DNA of 64,000 bases from Geosiphon pyriformis uo1 (Eukaryota > Fungi > Glomeromycota): the NCBI GenBank assembly GCA_016748015.1, contig JAAOMT010000175.1, positions 532,212 to 596,211 on the forward strand. Direction: 5' to 3'. Every line of letters begins with the position of its first letter. The stretch's first letter is position 1. The position numbers were made by a program, and so were the translations under genes. The notes under the pieces are model-generated. The model saw only the letters and a program-made list of their open reading frames with translations, had not been told where the DNA came from and ran no database searches. Shown here one piece after another: positions 26,201-39,070 of this stretch.

Positions 26201-27888
26201 TTCCTTCTAAAGTTCAGGAACTAATTCACAAACCAAACAAGAGTTCAAAAAAACCAACAGCATATTCAAAACCGACTTGTTACAGTGCTTCTACAATTCA
26301 TTTGAGATACCAAAAAGACCAGCCACCTTCCCATCAGGTAAATTTGAAATGACTGCAGACATCTCATCAAAGCTGATTAAGCATATAACATTAGAGAAAG
26401 TGCCATCAAAAACGTAATCCAGAAGTTGTATTAACAAACTCAAACATTAAACATATCAGAAACCACCCCACATGTTCATGTTCAGCCTTCCATAATCACA
26501 TCTACCCTAGATTTTACCAACTCAGGCTCCAAGACCAGCTTATTACTGACCACCAGATAGTCCAACACCACCTTACGAAAGGAACACTCCAATACACTCC
26601 TGATAGTATAACCTTTATCTAATACAAAGTTCTCCATACACCTGGTAATAGCCTGTCTGATCTGGGATTCTTCTGCACACTTGGATTCCAGAAGCTTGAA
26701 AGAGTGATAAAATTTCTTTGCTTTAGCCAGCACAGACCAAACAGCATCAAAATTAGCACTTGAAAGAAAGACCAATTTTGTTGCCAAGGCACCAACCAGG
26801 TCGAGCTTATTCCACACCTCCAACAGTGACACAAAGGCATCACTGGACACCAAACAAGAAGCTCTCACTAACTTGGAGACCAGCAACTTCAACTTATGAA
26901 ACCTAGAAGATACTTTGGTAAAAACACTATCATAACCCTTAAACCATTTTTTTTTGAATGTTTTATTAGCAGAAAGAACCATAATTCTATGAATGACATT
27001 CCACATTAAATCCAAATTCGTGTAATCCTTAGTCACAGCAAACTCATCTAAAAACACAAAAGCATTGGCAGCTAACATGTCCTAATACTTGCCCCATTTC
27101 AAAACATTAGCACTTTTGACGTCAAATTTCCAATGATTTTTGTTGGCCTGTTTGTGCATAGCAGAAAGCTGCATGTTCAACAAGCCACCCAAGCCCACAG
27201 AAATGGAAACAGCCTTATAATCAGTATCGAAAAATTTCACAATATCCATCACACTGCAATCCACAATTGCATTGACCAAACCAGAAGAGATGAACATGTA
27301 ATCAATCGTTTTAGCTACACCACAAAAATTGCATCAGATAGGTAACTTCGAGAACAAACTCCCACCCAAAGTATTGATCAAGCCCAAGTCGAAACACTTT
27401 TTAAAACTAGCACACCTACAAGAACTATTTTCATTAAAATCACCACCAAAAATGACAAAAAAGGAATCATTCACTGCCTTAGTGACAAAAGAATTGATTT
27501 CACTGGCCTAGAAAAAACAAGCAGCCAAAGAAGTGCCAGCATACAGCCCTAATACAGACACAGAAAGTTTATTCCTAAAGAGCAACTTGATAGATAAAAG
27601 TCGACTAGGAATCTCAGAAACTTTGCACACATGCTTGGCTAGAGAATTGTTCATTATGATCACCACACCAGAACCAAGATGACCAAAGCCCAAACCAGAG
27701 ACAAATACACAAACACCATCAAATTTGTTAGCTATCCAGGGATGAGCATGCCCTTTGAGCTTTGTTTTTGTAAAAATCGAAACCAAATTGTTCATAGAGT
27801 TATGCCAGTACACAATGTCTTCTTGCTTTGCCACATTGTTCATACTTCTGATATTGCACGTGGCTATTTTTCAGATAAGATCTGTCAT
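23247..27888 (-). pseudogene. LINE ORF2 (EN-RT-RNase H), disrupted
   Basis: Chain of ORF fragments from 27508-27843 to 23247-23642 carrying EN, RT and RNase H motifs; probable ATG at 27888. Confidence 0.9.
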
Positions 27889-29858
27889 TGGGAAGGAGAG
27901 TGTTGAGGGGACCCCAAATCTGTACCCAGCTGATCCAATTTTGCTAATATGGAACCAACAGCAACATCGAGAGCCATCAATTTAGATTCAAGCCTACCAA
28001 CTTTAAAGGTGAGAACCTTTGAACTGCACAAACTTAAATCAGAAACAATGTTTTCCAAAACAGAAACTGAGGAAGAGAAATGAGAAGAAGAAAATAGAGG
28101 ATCCAAAGCCATGTCCTGAACAGAGAGCACTACAGAAGAAGCAGAGATGACAGAAGACACAACAGGAGAAACAGAAACCAGAGAAACCAAATCCACACCA
28201 TTCAGTCTATGCACTATTTCAAACACTCAGTTAGACAAAAGCTCGAAGGACCATTCCAATACAGCCAGACAATTAACAATACAAGAAACATCTGAAACTT
28301 CTGTCAGTAATCTACCAGCAGAAGGGGCACCAGACACAAGAGCACCAGGACCAGAGACAGGTTGGGCACCAGTACCAAAAGGGGCAGCAAGTGAAGCAAC
28401 CTGAGCCCAAGACTTGCCACCAAAAAAGACAGGGCAAGCAACTGAAGCATGTCTTTTCTTATATATATTTGCCAAGCAAACCTGATCATGAACAGATGCC
28501 ATCTTTCTCCCACAACTACCAGAGAAACCACCTACTGAACACATATCTGAAACATAACCAAAATGTTCGCACTTGGCACAACAAGTCAAAGAGAGACTGG
28601 CCCAACGTAAACTCACACCCTTGAAGACTGGAACTGAACCAATAGCAGCCAATCTGGTTGTTTCATCATCAAAACAAACAGTCGTACACCTATCATGAAT
28701 GTAAGAAACAGGATTATGACCAATGAAATATGTCTTCCCACCATATGATTCCAACAAATCAGAAAAATTATGGGCCATTGTTCCCATTGGCAAAATATAC
28801 AACAAAGCCCGATGCTGATTCCTGAAAACTCACAATTGTTTATTTTCAGTTGTCAAAGCCACTCGCACAGAATTCTTATCCATGAGAACTGATCACTTAA
28901 AAGCAACCATGCCGGCTATCTTAGCTGACTCAAACTTCACTAAGGCCTTTTGCCATAGACCAATTAGCTGCATTCTGATTGAAACAATCTTACCAAACTT
29001 GAAAAAAACTGATTCTACAGCCAATTTGGGAAGATCAACTGGAATTTTCTTGACCACAATTTCTTAATTTGAATGACTGTTTACTTTTCTTAGTTCATCA
29101 TTAACTAAAATCTTCCCACTGATAGCCAAACTCTTTGCCTTATTCATACTAGCTTCTGAAGTAAAAGTAAATCTGATGATTTCAGGGAACTTTGAAGGAG
29201 TAGAGGCCCCCCCCCCAAAACTATCAACATGATAAAAAATTTTTTTAATTGAGACTAACTTATCACCATTAGTTTTGCCAGGAATGGCAGATAGCTCAAT
29301 ATCTAATGCAAACAATTTTGACGAATTAAAATTCCGTTTCTCTGGTGCACATGATCTGACTGAAGGAGGGCAATTAGATCCATAAAATTTGGGACTTGAA
29401 AGAGGCAAAGTATCTTCACCATCACTTGGAACATTAAAAAAAAAAGATGGTGGCTTACTGTCCAGAATATAGGTACAAGTATGCGTCTTCCTTGGTATGG
29501 TATTGTTTATGTTGTCATCTAAACTCGAAACATCTGACTCTGCATAGCTAGTTTCCTCAGTGATAACATTTTCCAAGTTATTCAAGTTCGAGATACCACT
29601 TATGCTGTCCACTTTACTGTTGACTTTGCTAGCCCACAATCTTCCAATGTTAGGTCCGTCATCACTTTCATCTATAATGTTCAAGACACCAGCAAACGGC
29701 TCTACCAAACTATCAACCACTACAGATTTTTTTGGCTTCTTATAAGATGAACTGCAAGATTGAAGACCAACCGAATGCTTATTTTTGACACCAGACTGGG
29801 TTCCCAATCCAGCCGAAATGGACTCAAAACTACCAGCAGCAAAGCCCACCAGTTCCAT
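27885..29858 (-). pseudogene. LINE ORF1, disrupted by in-frame stops
   Basis: In-frame fragments 29064-29858, 28227-28805 and 27885-28226; zinc-knuckle-like CAKCEHFGYVSDMC; coiled-coil-like C-terminus. Confidence 0.85.
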
Positions 29859-30011
29859 AGCTACAAAAAGGGAAATGTCTGAAGAAATAACTGAAAAAAA
29901 TTGAAGGGGAAAGGGAAAAAGAAGGCTATTTTAGTAACGACTCAATGTTCTCGTCATGACTGGGGGATCAATGAAAAAAAAAGTTTTTTTTTGTTATTTG
30001 ATTTAATAATT

Positions 30012-30180
30012 TTATCTTATTTGTGTATTATCCTAATTAAGTTATTAGTTATATAGTAATATTTAATAATTTAACTAATTTAATAAGTAATAAATAATAG
30101 TAATAATATATATTAATTAATAATATAAATTATAAAAATAATTTTATATTAAATAATAATTCAAATTTTTACTAGTAATA
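30012..30180 (-). repeat. 5' LTR of inner Gypsy, part 2
   Basis: Colinear with ~15383-15550; ends actagtaata (compare actaataaca). Confidence 0.85.
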
Positions 30181-30184
30181 CTGT

Positions 30185-32880
30185 GCTTTTTGTGATCTAA
30201 ATTTAATTTTATCTTAGTTATTTTTAATTAATAATAATATACTAAAGACTTAGTATTTAGAATACTATTGGTTATTATAAAACATAATATATTTTTTATA
30301 TAATTGAATATTTTATTTGTTTTAATTATTAAATTTGAATTTTTTTTAAAAGATAAGTATGACTAAAAGTTAAATAGTAGAATTAATTTAATTTTTATAA
30401 TTGAATTAAGTTAATTCTATAATATATTTAATATATTTAATTTTTTTTATTTAACAAATATTTTTTATGTTTTATTAATTAGAATTATTATTAATTTATA
30501 GATTATTTTGGTATTATATAAATAGTAATAAAGTTTATTAAAAATACTATTATAAGTTACTATAAAAAAAGTTTTTTGTTTTACTTTTTTAAAAATAAAA
30601 AAAGTATATTAACAGATCTAATCACAATCTTTTATTTATAATAATATTAATTCAGTTGTATTTTTTTAATAATAGTTTTCTACATGTAAAACAAAATATA
30701 TTTTTTATTTTTTATTTTACTTGAAACTGCCAAATTATTTTCTGTAACAAATTTTATAATATAAATAAATATAAGTTTTATATTCTTTTTTTGATAATAT
30801 ATAGACTCTTATATATAAAAGTTTTTTATTATAATTTTTGCATTTAAGTAAAATATAAGCTAGTTGTTTTCTTAGCAGTAGTTTTAAATATAAAACATAC
30901 TAATTGTTGGTTTGTTTATTATTTAATATTAATAAAGTTTATTAATAAAAATTTTCAGATTATAAAAATATTAATTGTGATTTAAGTTGTTTGAATAATT
31001 GTTGTTTTGTTTTTTAGTCTAATTAGACCAAAAATTAAATATTATGTAAGTTTTGATAATTGGTTTTTCTTTTTTTTTCGAATTCAAAAATTAGAGCTTT
31101 TTTAAATTATTTATTAAAAATATTATAAATAGCAAGTACATTGGTATATTGTTTTTAATATAAAATTTTTAGTTTTTGTATTTTTTATTTTAAATTAATC
31201 TTGGTCTTAAAAAGTCAATTGTTTTTAACAAAAACTTAATATTAGAGTAGATTTATAATAAAAATTTTAATTAGAATAGTAATTTTATCAATTATAAAAA
31301 AAAAATTGTTAATTTTTTTATTGATGTCATTTTTATATTATTAATAGTAATAATTATTATTTAAGCAAATCAGTTTATATTTTATTTTAGTTTTTGTATT
31401 AACTAATAAGTAATAATGCTTTTAGCAAATCTACTATTTAGAATCAAGCTAATTAATTTTCTTTTAATTTTAATATATATAGCTGTAATTGTTTTTTGTT
31501 CAAAAATTGTTGTATTATTAAGTAAAAATAATGATTTATTTGCTTTGAATTTAAATAAAAAGATATTAAATAAGTTGGTATTTTCAGTTATTTTTGCTAG
31601 TAAAATTGTTATATTGCTAAAAAATTTTTTTTGTTAAGTTATAATTCTATTTTTTACAAATATAGTATAATAAAAATTCTGGTTTTTAAGCATTGTGAAA
31701 TAATTGGGTTGAGTATAAAAATGTTTAAGTAGTTGTTAATTGTTATTATAAAATACTAATTAGTTATTATAATTGATTTTGTTGTTGTTAGACTAAAAAC
31801 AATTTGGTAATATAAATTAGTTAAATTAATAATACTGTTATTTTTGTGATAGAACAGATTAATAATAATTGGGTTGTAGTCTTAATAAATAATAAGTAGA
31901 TGGTAGTGAATTGTATAATTGCTATTGTTAAATAAAATAACATTAATTATTCTGTTTTTGTTGATTTTTTTATATCTTTTAGCAATTATGTTTTCAATGT
32001 TTAGAGATTTCACAATAGTGGCAATTCGAATTTTGGTTTTGATTATTATTTAATAATAATGTATTGCGAGAGTTTTATTGTTGTAGTGACTAATACTTTT
32101 GTTGTTAATTAGCAAAATAAGTTTTAACTTTTTTAGTAAGTTGGTCAATTTTCTTTTCAGCTGTTAAGCTAGTTTCTCCAATGACTAGATTAACAAATTT
32201 GGTTTGGTTTACTTTTTTTATAATCAGCTCATAATTTTTTACATGTAAATAACAATAGTTAAATCTGCTAAAGCATGTAAATAAACTTTTTTAATAAGTT
32301 TGTCTTTAAGTTCAGCAATAAATTGATTTAAGATTTGAGCATTAAAATAATAAGCATTGGTTTCTAGTTGGTAAATTCTTCTGAAAAGTTTGTAGAATTT
32401 CCCAATATAAGTTATAACAAATTTAGATGGTTCTTGTTTAATATTTTAGAAACAGTTATGAAAAGTAATTGAAGTATTGTAGTATGTAAATTGCTTAATA
32501 AAAGCAGTTTTGAAAGCTTATCAATTTGCAAAAGATTCTTCCAAGTTTTTGAACTATTTACTTGTGGTTCTTTTATGAAAGTAAAGAATTGTTTTTAATA
32601 TTCTTATGGCATTTTATTTATTTATATTTTCTGCTTTAGTAACTTGATCAAGCCACTCTTAAGAACTGGTTTTTATATTTTTTTCAAAGAAATCAGAGAT
32701 TTTTGTAATATAAGCAATGGCTATTTCTTTATTGTTTTTTTTTATTGTCTGTGATTGCTTTTTTATTTTCTTTATTTTTATTTTCTACTTTTTCGATAAG
32801 TTCAGAGACATTTTTCTTATTGATTAGTGTTTTTTAAAACTTCTTAAATATTGTTACTAAAATTAAAGATATTAATTTAA
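30185..32880 (-). mobile_element. Outer (older) Gypsy of the same family: gag, protease and pre-dUTPase region, decayed
   Basis: Colinear paralog of ~18970-21700; gag EWLDQVTKA...AFKTAFIKQF; protease LILNSRFAKSII. No LTR recognised. Confidence 0.8.
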
Positions 32881-35475
32881 TTTGTTATAATTTCAAAAAT
32901 TACAATTTGTGCAAAAAAGTTTCAATGTTAATTTATTTCCTAGTTAGTTGATTTATGTTTTTTTTTCAATAAGTATTTTAAGATTTAAAGAATAAATAAA
33001 ATTTTGTTTGAAAAGTATTTTAAAGATTTTAACGTGTTGAAAACCAATTTTTTAACAAAAGTTGGTAAATAATCAGCTTTGAAGTTATTAATTTATAGTG
33101 CGATAAAATAAATCTTAAAAGAAAATTTTAATATCGTGTTACGTTTTATTAATAAATTATTTAATTAAATATTTTTTTTGCTTTATTTATTGAGCGTAGT
33201 TTTTTTCCCAATATATTATTTACAACATATACGTGTTTTAAAATAAGCATAATTACACATTTTTTATATGTGAATAGCCACCCAAAATGATCAAAAATAT
33301 TTTACAACACCTAAAGCCAATTTAATTGCTTATTTATTAACTTTGTATTTTTTTTTAGGCTTTTGGAGCAATTTAGCTTCATTTTCTGGAATAAAAAATT
33401 CAAAGTTTGCACAATGACACTCAAAATGCCGCTTAGACTAACCATCTTGGAAATTAGCAACACAGAATTTTTTCAAATTTAATTCTGTCAATTGCAACAT
33501 CAGTTGTAAAAATATCAAAAAATAAATCTATATTTTGCACCACATGAGATTACAATCATGACTGATTCAAAGAAGTTATCAGCTGTTCAACAAAAAACAG
33601 TTGTCATTAATTGAAGAGATCAGTTTTGGCAGGAAAGTGTTGTTTTCAGCTGCTAATAAGACTGAAATTTTTTTTTTGGTCACAAAACTTGACAATTTAT
33701 TAAAGATAGTAAAATTTTTCGATATTAATACTGTATATAATATTTATTCTTATTTATTTCTGTACAAAATATTATAAATTGTTTCGATTTTGGTTCAATT
33801 TTTTCTTTTAGATTATACCATCACAAAAGACAGTTTTTTTTATGTGTCATTGAATCAATTCAGATACACGTATAATGAAACCATTAGAGAAATACTTGGG
33901 AAAATTTATTTTAAAGATTAATTAATTGTTTGTTTGTTTGTTTGTATTAAAAATTTTTTGATGTCACTAGACTCTTGGGTCTAAATTGTCATAAAACCAT
34001 GAATTTCACAATAGATCAAAATGAACATGAAGATTAGTTGTTTCAGTTGTATCAAAATTATTAATCATAAGCCTAATGAATCAGAATGCTAAGATGCCAG
34101 GATATATTACAGCTTCAAATCTCTTCAATCAGTAAAAATTCCATATAAATTACAAAAGAACTCAATATAATAGTTAAAAATGAATGATTCACTTGTATTA
34201 GCATTCATTGACGTACCGGTTTTATAGATGAGATTTTTGGGCTTCGAGTTAAACGTGAGTGAGTATAATTTAATTTTGAATATTATCTAATATTTACACC
34301 ATTTTTTATCCGACATTTAGAAAGAAACTAAATATTCAGTTATATTACTATTGAATTCAAAATTACTATTATTGCATTAATATTAATAACTCTATATTTT
34401 AAAGAATTATAATAATATCCAAGCATTTAATTTTTTTGCAACTATATTGATAATGATTATTATTTTAAATTTAGAATTAAATAAAAATTTGATCACTCTT
34501 TATTCATTTAAGGTTAATAGTTTTGCAGTTGTTTTCGTCAGATTGGTTCTAACCAAATATATATATATTACCAACATAATTAATTTTTAACTTTTAATTT
34601 TGTTGAAAAGTTAAAAAGACCCAAGATAATTGATTTGTATATATATTTCTTAACCAGTATTATTTTTCTAGTGAAACCTTTTCTTTCAACACTGGGACTG
34701 ACAGTATACATCGTAAATATCATCAATAATAAATATATGGTTTTGACAATATGTAAAGCCCGCTGCTTTACTCTTTGCCGCTAATATCGACCCTCTAAAT
34801 CTTCTACATTCGAGAGATGCCTAATGTCCAAAAAAGTTGAAGATTTAATTTTCTATGAATTTATTTGTATAAAATACAAATTAATAAATATTTTTTAATG
34901 AATTAGCAAATCGTTAAGTGCTATTAATATTTTTATTGAGAATATTCCATAATTCGTGGCTTTTTTTTTATAATTTTGGCTTTGAATTTAATGACTTTTT
35001 ATTTAACATATGTTAGATTATAGATACATTATAAATATACTTTTGTTAAATAAAATTTGAAATTATTTAACATTAATATTTTTTTAAGATCTGATAGCAA
35101 GCATAATTCATTTAAATTGGGAGGGTGATTCAAAAATCTTATAAGAAAGAAGACTGGTTGGGCTAAAAAAATTCTTTTTGAAATTTATTAACGACCTATT
35201 GAAACCGATCAGAGCATTAGATTTTTATTTAAACTAAAAATAGAAATATAAGACCAGGACAAGCATAGTTAGTATTTTTGCGCCTTTGATCTCTATCCTT
35301 TTAAGAATGTAAATGAGGGAATGTAATGAAGTGGGCGTCTACTTTCACGTTCTACCGCTTCAAGACTTAGCCTTCTCGGGAATGTGATTTAACAAATTAC
35401 TGGTTGAAATTCTTATATATTTAGCGTTAGCAAGACGAACTCCTTGAAAATACCCATTTTTGTTGCTTGAAAATC

Positions 35476-37858
35476 ATGTCTTCAACTGCATCAATTGAAA
35501 ACGCAACTTGAACCCTCGACTGGCTTGAAGAAGCATTTATTGTCATTAGAGAAAATTTAGCTATTTTTCCAGCTAGTGAATATTCAAAAATTGCTGACTT
35601 AGTTAAAAATCATCTTGTGCGCAATCAGAAAACACCGGAAGATTTATTCAATTATTTGGAAAATAAAAGTTCAAAGCGTTCGATAGATCATATTTTACTC
35701 GGCTTTTCTTTAGAACATGGGATTGGAACTATTCCTAATTTAAAAAAAGCATTTTTAGAATTTCAGGAAGCAGCGAATGCAAAAGATTCCTTTGGACAAT
35801 TCTTCCTACGAAATTGTTATGATAATGGAATCGGTACTTCACAAGACCAAAAAAAAGCATTTGAACTCTATTCAAAAGCAGCAGAGGCGGGTAATACAAA
35901 TGCGCAATACAATCTTGCACTTTGTTATGATAAGGGAGAAGGAACGACGAAAAACTTGGAAAAAGCATTTGAACTCTATTCAAAAGCAGCAAAGGCGGTA
36001 TATACAATTGCACAAATCAGCCTTAGAAAATATTGTCTAAATGGACTGCAAACAATAAAAGATATGGAAAAGGTGGAAAATCCGAGTCCTCAAACCAATA
36101 TTGAAATGTATTATCGAAATGGATGGGGAATAGCGAAAAGTTTAGAAGAAAAGTTTGAGTTTTATTTAAAAGCAGTATAGATAGGAAATTAAATTGCACA
36201 GTACAACCTTGGAATGTGCTATCAAAATGGATGGGGAAACATAAAAACTTAGAAAAAGCATTTGAAATCTATTCGAAAGCAGCAGACAAATTACTCAAGT
36301 TATCGAAATGATTTTCCTGATTTGAATGCCCTTTATCTCACTTTACACGATCAAAATGACCTTGAACGTTTCATTTTGCAATTTTAAAATCGAGGATTAA
36401 AATTCCCAGGCAATTCTAAAGGAGATTTTTTAGATTTTGAAGCTTTTTTTGACCACCTTTCAGATGAATTCAAATGTCTTAAATTTGGTAACTTGGGTAT
36501 AATCATTACTGGATCTCCTATATGTCCATTTTGCAATACGGATAATGTATTTGAAGCCGGCTTGCCGAAATGTCCGGAATGCTATAGCACATGAAAAAAT
36601 CCACTTTGGTGTAACTCTTGTGAAAAATCACGATTATCAACCATTTGGGGAACATGGAATAGCGGAAATGAAGATATTAATCAGTATATATACCATACAC
36701 AGGAGATTTCTAAAAGCTCCAGAGCATGTTTAGAATGGATTTCTCCCAACGAGATGAAATTTTTAGAAAAGGTGGGAACGGGAGGATTTGGCATTGTTAA
36801 AGAAGGTATATGGGAGAGAGGCAAAATTCTATTTTGGGACGAGAAAAATCAAAAGTATAAAAGAAGTGGAGCTACGAGAGTTGCTTTGAAATGTCGCAAA
36901 TATAGCCAAAACATAGAATATGTCAATTCAGTTGAGGTATTTCCTTTTAAAAAATCCATGTGATTTTACTATTCTGATTTCTTTCTCTAACACTCGAAAA
37001 CGCATTTCAATAGTTTATTGCTCATCTTAACTGTGCTTCTTGCAAATACATTCTTCAATGCTATGGAATAACCAAAGACGTTACAACCAATGAATTTGTT
37101 ATGGTTTTACCATTTGCAGAACACGGGAACCTCAGAGCTTTTCTAAAGATGAACGAAATCACTCTTACTTGGGAAATGGTTCTTCGTGTTCTTCTCCAAA
37201 TCGCTACTGGTCTAAGATTTATACATGATTTAAATCTGGTGCTTGGGGACTTACATCCTGGAAATATCCTTGTTTTGAGATCAAACCCCTTAAAAGTTGC
37301 CATTGCTGACCTAGGATTATGTCGTCCTGCCAATTATTCTCCACAGCCTGGCGAAATTTTTGGTGTTGTTCGATACTTAGCACCTGAAATTTGTAACTTG
37401 TCGCCTCACACCAAATATAGCGATATTTATAGTTGTGCGATTATTTCCTGGGAAATTATTTCAGGAGAAAGACCGTGGAATGGTATTAAAGATCCTATCT
37501 GCATTCAATTTTATACAATTCAGGGAAGGCGCCTCCCGATCCAAAAGCATACACCTCAATGTATTCAGGAAATGATTGAAAAGAATTGGGAGGATAAACC
37601 CCATTGCCGTGATAGTGCAGAAGAACTTCAAAAAAGAGTGATTGCTGCTCGCGACGACTGTAACTTAAATGAATTTATCAGTAGAAAAAGACTTAATTAC
37701 AAAACCATACAAGTTGCTAACCATGATAAGAGTCAAAAAATATTAAGCCCTACAATTTCTCAAAATGGTAAGCCTTTCATTTGTTATATTTAATATCTTT
37801 AAAAAATATGTGGTTTAACCAACTTTTTCCAGAGGCAAATTTGGCATTTGGTAGCTAA
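35476..37858 (+). pseudogene. SEL1-repeat plus TKL-like protein kinase pseudogene
   Basis: ATG 35476 with in-frame TGA at codon 12. SEL1 repeats (KKAFELYSKAAEAGNTNAQYNLALCY). Further stops and frameshifts at ~36178-36600. Kinase GTGGFG, VALK, GDLHPGN, DLG, YLAPE. Confidence 0.8.
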
Positions 37859-38319
37859 TAATAATGGATTAATGAATGGTATGTACATAATCGATGAATG
37901 CAAGTTCTGATTAAATCTACGACGACATCAGTAGGCACTTTAATAATGATATCAAGTATTTGTATTAATATTTAGCTTGAAAAAAATGAAAGAGTTTAAA
38001 GAAGGAATTAGCTCTTAATTTATGTTTAAAAATATAGTATACCCTATCATATATAGGTTTATTTTTAAAAGAAGTTTTCCTCTATTTTGAGTGTGAAGGT
38101 TATTGACTGTGAAGTGAACATGTGACGTTACCAGCGGCTTTTAACCGCTTGCAACGTAAATAATTATTGCTACTCCATATCCGACTCTATTTAACTTCAT
38201 TTACCTCATTACCTACATTTCAGTAAAATGGATCATATGTAACACACACACTAATGTATGTGATGCAATAAAAAGATAGCCACGCACTGAATAAGTATTT
38301 TTATAAATGACTCACATAT

Positions 38320-39070
38320 TACAGCAAAAAACCTTATATCTTAGAAACACATGTTTATACTTCCATTAAGTGGTGTAAAGAAAATAAAAATATAACCACT
38401 TATAATTAAACAAAGTTATCTTCTCTGATAAGATGAGTGTAGAAATTGGAAAGCAATTATGACAGCCAAGAGTTTAACAGCATATTAGAAAAAGATTTAG
38501 TGCTAATTGCTTAGTTCTTACTTTTTAAAGTAAATAAAAATCCATATTAATTTAAAGGTGCTTTACAGAAAAATTATAAGAACCATTAGTATTTAGAAAT
38601 AAACACAAAAATAAACAAATTTAAATACTTAATTTGAAATCTTAAAAGCCAATTTGTTTTAATTTCAGAGTGCAATTAAGCTTTTAACTAGAACTTATAC
38701 TGGTAAAAGTATCAAAAAATAATTAATTAAAATTAAAATTATAACTATTAATGAACTAGCAAATTCTCTAAACCTGAATCCAACTGAGAATATTTAAAAG
38801 CTATTGAAAGACAATATTCAAAAACATGAAGTCTTTTCAAAGTCTTTGGTCAAACCTAAAGTAATAATAGGAGGAATTTAATGCTTTTGTTCTCAAAAAA
38901 GTTATTGTCTCAACGCCAAAGAAGATTAAGGCATTCGAGTCAAATAGAGAGCTGACAAAGTATTAATTAGGTCTAACTTTTCATTTTGTGTTAAAATTAA
39001 GTAAATTGGGAAAGTATCAGAATTTTTGTGTTTAATTTTGAATCAGGCTTTACCTTCTGAAGGTACTGTA
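38320..39070 (+). mobile_element. Tc1/mariner transposase remnant with right end
   Basis: KVIFSDKMSVEIG; LANSLNLNPTENI*KLLK (consensus WPANSPDLNPIENVW); C-terminal ..ELTKY*; ends ...GTACTG-TA at ~39063-39070. Confidence 0.75.

Larger units (their letters stand above)
23115..30011 (-). mobile_element. Full-length LINE (ORF1 plus ORF2 with APE endonuclease, RT, RNase H, Cys/His domain), inactivated by stops and frameshifts
   Basis: Poly(A) tail at ~23112-23125; TSD TTATCTTATTT (23104-23114 and 30012-30022). EN motifs SIFTKTKLKG, GGDFNE, IDYMFIS, TDYKAV; RT DMHKAYNSV, GLNQGEV, AFVDDT; RNase H VYTDGS, SDSQA, KVKGHSG..GNECAD; CLYCGDVEISDHVFSC. Confidence 0.93.
14641..30180 (-). mobile_element. 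Ty3/Gypsy LTR retrotransposon (gag-PR-dUTPase-[RT absent]-RNase H-IN), decayed, with LINE inserted in its 5' LTR
   Basis: Two ~0.9-kb LTRs; 4-bp TSD CTGT (14637-14640 and 30181-30184); PBS-like TGGTGCTC after the 5' LTR; PPT-like GAAAAAAAAGA before the 3' LTR; RNase H before integrase, the Ty3/Gypsy order. Confidence 0.85.

Noticed and set aside
33200-34250. Moderately complex sequence that may be a gene or TE relic
   Set aside because: No motif recognised; cannot assign.
35509-35511. In-frame TGA as possible selenocysteine or readthrough
   Set aside because: Additional stops and frameshifts downstream; a simple nonsense mutation (for example CGA>TGA) is more parsimonious.
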